Assembly (NCBI GenBank): GCA_964478865.1
Contig: CAYZJS010000087.1
Span: 17,643 to 81,642 of the forward strand
Source: an uncultured Thermodesulfatator sp.
Lineage (GTDB): Bacteria; Desulfobacterota; Dissulfuribacteria; Dissulfuribacterales; QOAL01
Length of the DNA: 64,000 bases
Direction: 5' to 3'
Below the pieces are notes generated by a model. That model saw only the letters and a list, made by a program, of their open reading frames with translations. It made no database searches and was not told the origin of the DNA. Both the position numbers and the translations under genes were made by a program. How positions within the stretch are numbered: the first letter of the stretch is position 1; each line of letters starts with the position of its first letter. Shown one piece after another: positions 9,933-17,284 of the stretch.

Positions 9933-10682
9933 GTGAAAGAGCACTTGATAGGCATACTGGTCGCCCTTCCCCAGGAGGCCCATGCCCTTTTCGGAAAACT
10001 TGGCTGGAGCCGTTCAGGCATGTTTCCAGTCAAGGTGGAAAGGTTCCGCGATTTCCTGGTCATGATCGCTGTCAGTGGCCAGGGCAAGGCCCGTGCGGCC
10101 GCTGCCACTAAATTCCTTCTCAGAAGCAACCCCCTTTTTTTAATAAACATGGGGGTTGCCGGGGCCCTGGCACCGGACCTAGCATCAGGAGACCTGGTGA
10201 TCCCCGGCGAAGTTACCGACCAGGCTGAAAAGATCGGGCTGGCAAGCCCTGTAAAACAGGTCCTGGATAACCTTCTTGGCTCACTGGGCGTGGACTTTAA
10301 AAAAGGTCTCCTGGTCACGAGCAGTGAGACTGTTGACAGCCCGGAGGCCAAGATTGCCCTTTTCAGGGCTTCAGGGGCAATTGCAGTAGACATGGAGGCC
10401 TTTGCCATGGCCGAGGTTTGCAAGAGATCCCGCCTGCCTTGTTTTGTAGTAAAGGCAATCACCGACAGCCAGTCCCAAACGATTCCGAAGGCCATAACCT
10501 CATGCCTGAGTGAGACGGGCCATATCAGCTTTGCGCGGTTTACAATCACCCTTCTCTCCAGGCCCTGGCTCATCCCGAGGCTTGTTGAAATGCAAAAGTC
10601 TTTCAAATCGGCAATTTTCTCCCTGGAGCAGGTAAAAGTCCTGCTTAGCTCTAACCTTTCCAGGGACTCCCTGATTTCATAA
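9933..10682 (+). CDS. PNP/UDP-1 family nucleosidase/phosphorylase (HpnG-like)
   Basis: GTG start. GILVALPQEA, NMGVAGAL and AVDMEAFAMAEV are MTA/SAH-nucleosidase-type motifs. A C-terminal extension is present, as in hopanoid-associated phosphorylases. Confidence 0.7.
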   Translation: MKEHLIGILVALPQEAHALFGKLGWSRSGMFPVKVERFRDFLVMIAVSGQGKARAAAATKFLLRSNPLFLINMGVAGALAPDLASGDLVIPGEVTDQAEKIGLASPVKQVLDNLLGSLGVDFKKGLLVTSSETVDSPEAKIALFRASGAIAVDMEAFAMAEVCKRSRLPCFVVKAITDSQSQTIPKAITSCLSETGHISFARFTITLLSRPWLIPRLVEMQKSFKSAIFSLEQVKVLLSSNLSRDSLIS

Positions 10683-10817
10683 TAAGCGGAATTTCTTTAA
10701 TTTTTCCCTCCGGGTATGGACATGTGCCAGCGAGTGCTTATTTCTGTAACAGGCCGGGTGTTCCGTTTTCCGGGATGCCCGCTCAAGCCGAAATCCAAAA
10801 AAGAGGAGGAGATCTCC

Positions 10818-12572
10818 ATGATCATAACCAGACGACATGCCGTACTTATATCAAAGCTGAAGCACAAGTGGGCAGAGGGCCTTGAACTGGACAGGGCTGC
10901 AGATGACCTTACTGAAAAAGACCTTGAATATCTCGTGCACCTGGAACTGTCGGGGCTTACAGAGGAAACCGATGACGGCTACGTGCTCACCCAGCCGGGG
11001 CATATCGTGAGCGAAGCCCTGGATGAATGCATGGAAAAGACGGGAATTTTCCAGGACTGGCCAGACAATTTCAAGTTTATAGGCTCTGAAATCATCTCCG
11101 GGATTGAAATTGCCAGGCAGGCCCAGGGAGAACTCGGGAAACAGCCAGAGATAGCAGCAGAGCTCGAGGAAAGAGGCATGGCCAGGGACGGCAGGCTTCT
11201 TCCGGTGGCGGAATCCATCCTGGAAGCCTATGACAGCGCTATGCCCAAGATCTCTCTAACGCCTGCCGTTATGGAAAAGCTCAGGCATTGCCCTCCGGGG
11301 CCGGGCAAGAAATCCCTGCTTCCCTTTTCCAGGGAAGAGATTTACGAGCTTGAAGCCATGAGGCTTATCACGTTTTCCCTGCCAAGGGGGCACAGTTATT
11401 CCCTGACAGGGGCTGGCCAGCAGATAAGGGCTGCCCTTGTCAAGGGGTTGTCACCCAGCCCTGTTCTGGATGACGAGCTCCTGATTTCTTCACTGAAGGA
11501 CAACCCTGGCCAGGAAACAAGAGAGAAACTCCAGGCAGCAGGAGCCATGGACAGCAGCGGAAACCTGTTGCCTGCCGGGAGGCACCTGAGGCATGCAGCG
11601 CGCCTATTATACCTGGAGCCCGTGGAGTTCATCCCTTCGGTTTCTCTTGACGGGACTGATTTCTCGGTACTAGAGGCCATCAGTGAACTGTGGGAGAAAA
11701 ACAGGGATAATCCGGAAATAATGCCCCACATAAAGAAGATCAAGGAATTCATGGAGCACAGGGGGGTCAAGAGGCCCGACACCCATAGGGCCCTTATGGT
11801 CCTGGAAAGCTATGGTCTGGTAAAACCCGAGTACTCCGGAAAGGGCAGGCAGGTCTACAGACTGACTTCCCTGGGAAGGCGCATACTGGATGATCGAAGG
11901 CAGCACCGTCTAACGGCTGTTCCGGCCATGGCCGTTCTGGCAATTACCACCACCAGGGCGGAAAACCTGTCCCCGGATGATCAATGGATAGAGATTGCCG
12001 AAAAGAACGGACTGGTAGGAAAGGGATTTCCCACCAAGTCCGGACGGCTGTTTGCCCAGATGGCCTGTAACATAAATCGCCTTCCCCTGGTTGACTCCAC
12101 CCAGAGAAAGGTCATGAATGTGCTGCCGTTTTGGAGGGGCATGTTCGTCACCCAGATATCGGACCTGCTTCCTGACCTGGACAGGGAAGATGTCATGGCG
12201 GCAGTTGACAGGCTTGCAGGTTACGGCCTGGTGGATATCCTTCCAGGGGGGCTTTGCAGGATATCAGATGCCGGGGAGTCGTTCAAAAGGGCCATGTCCG
12301 TTGTGCCAGAGGGCATGGAGTTCCATGTCACCCCTCCAATGCTCAGGATTCTTGCAGCTGCAGCAGATAACCTCGAGGGTAACAAAATAAACTGGAAGGA
12401 GGCAGAAAGGGCGTGCGGGCTTGATACGGAAACCGTCAGCGAAACCATTCTCGGCATGAGAAAGCTGATGTATATCAAGTCGGACAGGCTTACAAGCGCC
12501 GGGAAAACCCTCCTGGAAGGCCTGGACCTTTTGAAAAAAATCCAGGCACACTGGGAAGAGATAGAAATATAG
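10818..12572 (+). CDS. uncharacterised 584-aa protein made of repeated winged-helix-like units
   Basis: Start moved to MIITRRHAVL, preceded by AAGAGGAGGAG. At least five units end in Y/R-x-LT/IS-x2-G-x3-L (YVLTQPGHIVSEAL, YSLTGAGQQIRAAL, YRLTSLGRRILD, CRISDAGESFKRAM, DRLTSAGKTLLEGL). Confidence 0.6.
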   Translation: MIITRRHAVLISKLKHKWAEGLELDRAADDLTEKDLEYLVHLELSGLTEETDDGYVLTQPGHIVSEALDECMEKTGIFQDWPDNFKFIGSEIISGIEIARQAQGELGKQPEIAAELEERGMARDGRLLPVAESILEAYDSAMPKISLTPAVMEKLRHCPPGPGKKSLLPFSREEIYELEAMRLITFSLPRGHSYSLTGAGQQIRAALVKGLSPSPVLDDELLISSLKDNPGQETREKLQAAGAMDSSGNLLPAGRHLRHAARLLYLEPVEFIPSVSLDGTDFSVLEAISELWEKNRDNPEIMPHIKKIKEFMEHRGVKRPDTHRALMVLESYGLVKPEYSGKGRQVYRLTSLGRRILDDRRQHRLTAVPAMAVLAITTTRAENLSPDDQWIEIAEKNGLVGKGFPTKSGRLFAQMACNINRLPLVDSTQRKVMNVLPFWRGMFVTQISDLLPDLDREDVMAAVDRLAGYGLVDILPGGLCRISDAGESFKRAMSVVPEGMEFHVTPPMLRILAAAADNLEGNKINWKEAERACGLDTETVSETILGMRKLMYIKSDRLTSAGKTLLEGLDLLKKIQAHWEEIEI

Positions 12573-12590
12573 GCCACGTCAACAAATTCG

Positions 12591-12636
12591 GGAAGCGGCG
12601 GGGCGGTGCAGGTCTTGCACCTGTGCCGCTGCTTCC
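12591..12636. terminator. long hairpin between convergent genes
   Basis: An imperfect outer stem GGAAGCGGC.../...GCCGCTGCTTCC encloses an inner 6-bp stem GGTGCA/TGCACC. It lies between the stops at 12572 (+) and 12662 (-). Confidence 0.5.
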
Positions 12637-12661
12637 ACAAGGTTCTTAACTGGCAGAAAGT

Positions 12662-12949
12662 TTACTTTCCTAGATAGTCCAGTATCTGTTCCTTCTCGTC
12701 TGTGGAAAGTTGCGCCCCGTGCCTTACCATGCGATGGACTATTTGCTGCCAGTCTTCCCCGGACCGGTGTACCTCGTAAATCCTTTTGGTACTGTGGCAG
12801 GCTGAACACTTGCTTTTTATGAGCCTCTTTGCCGGATTGGAACTGAACCCGGTAAGATCACATCCTGCAAGCCACAACATGCATGTTGCCAGGAGGACTA
12901 TCGAGACCAGCTCCATTTTTATTCCATGTGTTTTTCCTGTTTTAATCAT
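12662..12949 (-). CDS. small monoheme c-type cytochrome lipoprotein
   Basis: Lipobox LWLAGC and a single CSACH heme-binding motif. A possible later start is MELVSIV (12916). Confidence 0.6.
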   Translation of the reverse strand: MIKTGKTHGIKMELVSIVLLATCMLWLAGCDLTGFSSNPAKRLIKSKCSACHSTKRIYEVHRSGEDWQQIVHRMVRHGAQLSTDEKEQILDYLGK

Positions 12950-13200
12950 TTTCTATTCTCCTGTTGGAGGTTCCCTTTTGAGGTATCTATGAAATCATGA
13001 ATTTTGTTCCAGGGCGAGGCGCAGGAAAAAATAACCACCGAGATATCGCTTATACTTCCAGGCTTATTTTCGGGGTGCAATAAAACCACTGGATAAAGGG
13101 ACAATTTTTTGGCACACGTGTACCAGTGTTTAAAAAAGGCACGGTTGGTTATACACTGGAGGAAATTTCGAAATTAAAAAATCGGGAGGGGGAGGGGAAC

Positions 13201-14253
13201 ATGAAAAACAACCACATTTGCCCCAGGACGTCTCGCCTGTGTCGGCTGGCACTTATGGCCCTGGTCTTGAGCCTGTTTTTTATGGCAAATGCTTGTGCAA
13301 GGGACGTCTCATCATTCAAATTCATTTCTGATGCTGAAATCCAGAAGGTGGTGGTTGAGGCATACGAAACCTACAGAAATGATAACCGCGGGGAAAATGC
13401 CGACTATATCAAGGCCCTTGCCAAGGTGGATCCAAAGATCTTTGGTATCACGGTGGCAACGGCAGACGGAAAGGTTTTTGAGGCCGGGGATACAAAGGCA
13501 GCCGTATCCATACAGTCGATTTCCAAGGTCTTCACTGCCTCGCTGGTCATGAAGGAAAAGGGGGGCGATTTTGTCCGAAAAAAGATTGGAGTGAACGCCA
13601 CGGGCCTTCCGTTCAATTCCATCCTGGCCATCGAGCTGCATGGCGGCAGTGCCAGCAACCCCTTTGTAAACGCGGGTGCCATCCAGGCAACCAGCTGGGT
13701 TTCAGCCACAAGTCCGGAAAACCGTTGGGAAAAAATCAAGGCCAACATGGATGCCTATGCGGGGCATCGTCTCACGTTCAACCACGAGGTTTACCGGTCA
13801 GAACTGTATGACAACAAGCGCAACCAGGCCATTGCCAAGCTGCTTGACGCTTACGGGCGCATGGGTTCCGATCCGATCGAGGCGACAACAGTATACACCC
13901 GGCAGTGTTCGGTAAATGTTACATCCCACGATCTGGCAATCATGGGTGCGACCCTTGCCAACCACGGGGTAAATCCCGTTACGGGGAAACGGCTGCTGGA
14001 CAAGAAATCCGTACCGGGTCTTCTGGCAATCATGGCCACTGCAGGGCTTTATGACAATGCCGGGGATTGGCTTTATTCAACAGGGGCTCCTGCCAAGAGC
14101 GGGGTAGGCGGAGGAATGCTGGCTGTCATCCCCGGCAGGCTTGCCATAGGAGTGGTTTCCCCGCCTCTGGACAAGTTCGGAAACAGTGTCCGGGGACAAG
14201 AGGCCATTATCTATATTATCAACAAACTGGGACTTAACCCATACGCCCGGTAG
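13201..14253 (+). CDS. glsA: glutaminase A with N-terminal Sec signal peptide
   Basis: ATG 13201 follows GGGAGGGGGAGGGG. SIQSISKVFT (serine nucleophile), NAGAI and GVGGGMLAV are glutaminase motifs. The N-terminus LCRLALMALVLSLFFMANA-CARD looks like a cleavable signal. Confidence 0.85.
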   Translation: MKNNHICPRTSRLCRLALMALVLSLFFMANACARDVSSFKFISDAEIQKVVVEAYETYRNDNRGENADYIKALAKVDPKIFGITVATADGKVFEAGDTKAAVSIQSISKVFTASLVMKEKGGDFVRKKIGVNATGLPFNSILAIELHGGSASNPFVNAGAIQATSWVSATSPENRWEKIKANMDAYAGHRLTFNHEVYRSELYDNKRNQAIAKLLDAYGRMGSDPIEATTVYTRQCSVNVTSHDLAIMGATLANHGVNPVTGKRLLDKKSVPGLLAIMATAGLYDNAGDWLYSTGAPAKSGVGGGMLAVIPGRLAIGVVSPPLDKFGNSVRGQEAIIYIINKLGLNPYAR

Positions 14254-14267
14254 GAGGAGACAACAGC

Positions 14268-15644
14268 ATGAAGCATCTCTTCCTATTGGCCGTTGTCGCT
14301 ATCTTCGGATGTTCTGGCGCCCTTGTCCATGCAGCCGAAAAGATAGACGCCACCCAAAACGACACCATTGACAGCGATCACGGCTTTGAGACGGTACAGC
14401 ACAAAGAACCCGGGGGTTTGAGGCTGCCAAAGGGATGGAAGTTTTCCGGAGACATGCGGACAGGCTGGGTCAGTTACGACTATGGCAACTCTCCCAGCCA
14501 TCCGGACCCCACCGTCAACAAGGGCCACCTGGATTCCCACGGTTACTATTTCATCCCCAAGATATCCCTGCAGACCCCTGAATTTCACGGGCTCTATGCA
14601 AAGGTTACAGGTGCGGGGGTTACTGATTTCGGTATAAACAAGAAAAAATGGGAGGCCAGAAACTTCGCCTACGGCGACAACATGGACCCCTATGCCATCT
14701 TGCAGGAGGCGTATCTTTCATATACCTACAAGGGCAACCAGGTGGTGGCAGGGGCCAAGGAGATATCCACCCCCATGGTGGATGCAGATGACTGGTATCT
14801 CCTGGCCAACTCTTTCCAGGCCGCCTATTACGTAAACAGGATGTTCAAAAATGTGCTCTTCGCCTTCGGTTATTTTTACAAGATGGCAGGCCCGTGGGAC
14901 AGTGCCTCGGACGGGGCAAATTTCCGTTCCATGTCCGATGCAAGCTATGTATCGGACGAAGACAAGAAAAATGCCGATGACAGCGGCATCTTTACCGGCG
15001 CCTTCCAGTACAGCGATGAACATCATAACCTGCAGGTCTGGGAATACTATGCCACGGACCTCTACAATACCTTTTTCGTGCAATACGATTTCACCAGCAG
15101 GTTCAGCAAGCTCAAATATGATGCCGGTGCCCAGTTCATAAATTTCAAGGAGGTGGGAGACCTTTCCCATAATGATTTTTCGGAAATAGATTACAGCATC
15201 GTATCTTTCAGGCTGGACGGATCGTTTGACTGCGGCCTGGACTTTGCCACCGGCATGAGTTTCTATACAGATGGTCCGGGTACTGGCGAAACCCTGGGGG
15301 CATGGGGAGGCTATCCCTATTTTGCAAATGGAATGATATTCCACTTCTTCGAGGCAGGTTCCCTGAGACATACCAACAGCTACAAGGTCCAGGTAGGCTA
15401 TGACTTTTCTGACATGGGCATGAAAGGCCTCTGGTTCGGCACCAGGTTCACCTATTTTGACCTTGACTCAGACTATTCGGAAACTGCATCCGGGGATCCC
15501 CAGGACTACATGTCCATGATAGGGCTCAGGATCTCCTACAAGCATGACTGCGGCCTTTATTTTACCGGGACATATGAAACCGTGGACCTTGACCATGAAC
15601 CAAATGTCTCGGCCCTGAGGCTGATAGGGGGAATAACCTTCTAG
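14268..15644 (+). CDS. outer-membrane porin (OprD-like beta-barrel, family uncertain)
   Basis: Signal peptide MKHLFLLAVVAIFGCSGALVHA. It has alternating aromatic/Gly-rich strands and a terminal ...LRLIGGITF. The RBS AGGAGGAG lies 8 nt upstream. The start is 14 nt after the glsA stop. Confidence 0.65.
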   Translation: MKHLFLLAVVAIFGCSGALVHAAEKIDATQNDTIDSDHGFETVQHKEPGGLRLPKGWKFSGDMRTGWVSYDYGNSPSHPDPTVNKGHLDSHGYYFIPKISLQTPEFHGLYAKVTGAGVTDFGINKKKWEARNFAYGDNMDPYAILQEAYLSYTYKGNQVVAGAKEISTPMVDADDWYLLANSFQAAYYVNRMFKNVLFAFGYFYKMAGPWDSASDGANFRSMSDASYVSDEDKKNADDSGIFTGAFQYSDEHHNLQVWEYYATDLYNTFFVQYDFTSRFSKLKYDAGAQFINFKEVGDLSHNDFSEIDYSIVSFRLDGSFDCGLDFATGMSFYTDGPGTGETLGAWGGYPYFANGMIFHFFEAGSLRHTNSYKVQVGYDFSDMGMKGLWFGTRFTYFDLDSDYSETASGDPQDYMSMIGLRISYKHDCGLYFTGTYETVDLDHEPNVSALRLIGGITF

Positions 15645-15695
15645 GTACTGGACGCACCCGCCAGGCGAAGCCTTCGGCACCATGTCCAAAAAAAA

Positions 15696-15720
15696 CCCCG
15701 GCCCATTTTGCAGGCCGGGG
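15696..15720. terminator. bidirectional intrinsic terminator
   Basis: CCCCGGCC-cattttgca-GGCCGGGG. It is preceded by an A8 run (a U-tract for the minus strand) and sits between convergent genes. Confidence 0.65.
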
Positions 15721-15772
15721 AGGGTTTGGGACTTGATGGGTTTTTTTCTGTAAGAAATTACCTCAATATGGC

Positions 15773-16249
15773 CTAGAGACCCGCCCGGTTCTTGGCCATA
15801 TTGCCCTGGCCTGCGCCGTTTCCTTTCATGCCCCTCCACAGGGGAGCCCCGGTGGTCGCATCGCGCAGTGTAATGGTCTCGCCGCCCACGGTTATGGCTG
15901 CAGCAATGATCCTGGTGGTGCCATCTGAAAGTGTGACCTCGTATCCGCTCACTGTCACTTCCTCTCCCACCTCTGGGCGTGCAACGCCTGCAGCATCCCA
16001 GTATTTCTGGGGTCCGATACCGAATACGGTGACGATTTCAGAACCTGTATCAACTGACATGCCGGCCCCTTGTATTCCGATTTCACTAACAACTCCGGAA
16101 ACCTCAACTGGTACTCCGTCTGTGATATTCATCAAGGGGCCGCTACCATCCATGGCACCCTGTCCGTTTCCGGCAAAGACCGTTGGTGCTGCAACAAGGA
16201 CAAGCATGGCTGCAAGGTAAAACATCATCATAGATTTTGCGTATTTCAT
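15773..16249 (-). CDS. secreted protein with two beta-rich repeats and Gly-rich ends
   Basis: Signal peptide MKYAKSMMMFYLAAMLVLVAAPTVFA. The mature N-terminus is GNGQGAMDGSG. Repeats are VPVEVSGVVSEIG... and EEVTVSGYEVTLSDG..., followed by TITLRDATTGAPLW and the tail GMKGNGAGQGNMAKN. The RBS AGGAGG is upstream. Confidence 0.6.
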   Translation of the reverse strand: MKYAKSMMMFYLAAMLVLVAAPTVFAGNGQGAMDGSGPLMNITDGVPVEVSGVVSEIGIQGAGMSVDTGSEIVTVFGIGPQKYWDAAGVARPEVGEEVTVSGYEVTLSDGTTRIIAAAITVGGETITLRDATTGAPLWRGMKGNGAGQGNMAKNRAGL

Positions 16250-16303
16250 TAATCAATTCCTCCTGATACTCGTTTTTTTACCGGCCGGTTGACTATAACC
16301 ATT

Positions 16304-16318
16304 ACAAGTAGCATGCCA
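16304..16318 (-). promoter_or_regulatory. sigma54 -24/-12 promoter
   Basis: The minus strand reads TGGCAT-gctac-TTGT (GG-N10-GT). It lies 54 nt upstream of ATG 16249. Confidence 0.55.
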
Positions 16319-16391
16319 CCTTCTATCAAGAAGAAAAATTCAATAATAACAGCAAGTAATATGAATGGGGTAATCGGTTAAATCCGGGGAT

Positions 16392-16431
16392 GTTCGACAA
16401 ATGCCTGTGCGGGCTCGACATTGTTGTCGAA
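16392..16431 (-). promoter_or_regulatory. enhancer (UAS): 16-bp palindrome plus half-site
   Basis: TCGACATTGTTGTCGA (16415..16430) and TCGACA (16394..16399) are 15 nt apart. The same parts with the same spacing occur at 25710..25748. Confidence 0.6.
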
Positions 16432-16511
16432 AACGGTGCCTTAGGCGGGCCGTTTTGAAAGATGTCAGGAAAAAGTTCCAACCTTTCTTCAGATAGCAGC
16501 CACAAATGAAA

Positions 16512-16639
16512 TTGGCCTGTTACAGATTCTTTGGCGAGGCAAGGCGGCAGGGGAGGCTTTTCGGAGACAGGAAAGCAGGCCCATAGAAGCTGTAAGGGCG
16601 GATTCCTGTTTCCAAGGCCCTTTCAGGCCCCCTCTTGCC
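16512..16639. repeat. copy C of a long-palindrome intergenic repeat family (truncated/composite)
   Basis: 16542..16583 is a 42/42 reverse-complement match to 63653..63694. The reverse complement of 16582..16639 matches 63067..63124 at about 53/58 positions. Confidence 0.8.
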
Positions 16640-16651
16640 CGTCGATCTTTA

Positions 16652-17230
16652 CTATACGATGGGTACCCCGTTTCCAAGGGCAATGTGCCCCGGGATAGGG
16701 ATCTTCCGGCTTTCCTTTTTCAGGAGTATCGCCTCTCCATACTTGAATGTACCGGAACCCTTGCATCTTCCAGCCAGGATCTCGATTATCTTTGCGTCCC
16801 TTATCTTGAGGATAAACCCCTCAAGGTCGAATTGGAGTATCAGGTCGAAAACCATTCTTCCTATGGGGTTGTCGTTTACGTAGATCTCAAGATAAGGGTG
16901 ATGGACAGATTTGATTCTGTGATGGCCCAGTGGGCACAGGATTGTTTCCTCTGGCGGATATTTTTCCCTGTCACTGTACTTTTTGATCTCCTGGTGTTTC
17001 TTCCAGGCATTCACCAGGATGTCCTCCAGCTTGATGTCAAGAAGACGGCCAGCGGCCTCCGACGCCTCGGAAAAGATATCCGTCCACTTTATGTCCTTCA
17101 CCCTTTCAAGAAAGGTGTCTTTCAAAAGCAAGACGCTATCAAGTGCCTCAAGGCCCGCAAACTTCCTGCCAAGGGAACCGATTTCGTCTCCAAAAAGGAC
17201 CGTTAGAGAGATATGACTGGTGTTTTCCAT
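16652..17230 (-). CDS. hypothetical cytoplasmic protein (192 aa)
   Basis: Intact ORF 55 nt downstream of the PKD gene on the same strand. I recognise no motif and it has no signal peptide. Confidence 0.55.
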   Translation of the reverse strand: MENTSHISLTVLFGDEIGSLGRKFAGLEALDSVLLLKDTFLERVKDIKWTDIFSEASEAAGRLLDIKLEDILVNAWKKHQEIKKYSDREKYPPEETILCPLGHHRIKSVHHPYLEIYVNDNPIGRMVFDLILQFDLEGFILKIRDAKIIEILAGRCKGSGTFKYGEAILLKKESRKIPIPGHIALGNGVPIV

Positions 17231-17284
17231 GGTATGCTAACCTTTTTTATGCAATTTTGCCCAGCAGGTTCCAGGGGCCAGGAT

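Noticed and set aside
13110-13125. TGGCACACGTGTACCA upstream of glsA, considered as a sigma54 promoter
   Set aside because: GG-N10 is followed by CC, not GC, so there is no -12 element. It is an imperfect palindrome centred on CACGTG and is more likely an operator, if it is functional at all.
16489-16683. 64-aa minus-strand ORF
   Set aside because: It is almost entirely composed of repeat copy C and overlaps the 3' end of the 192-aa gene. It has no RBS.
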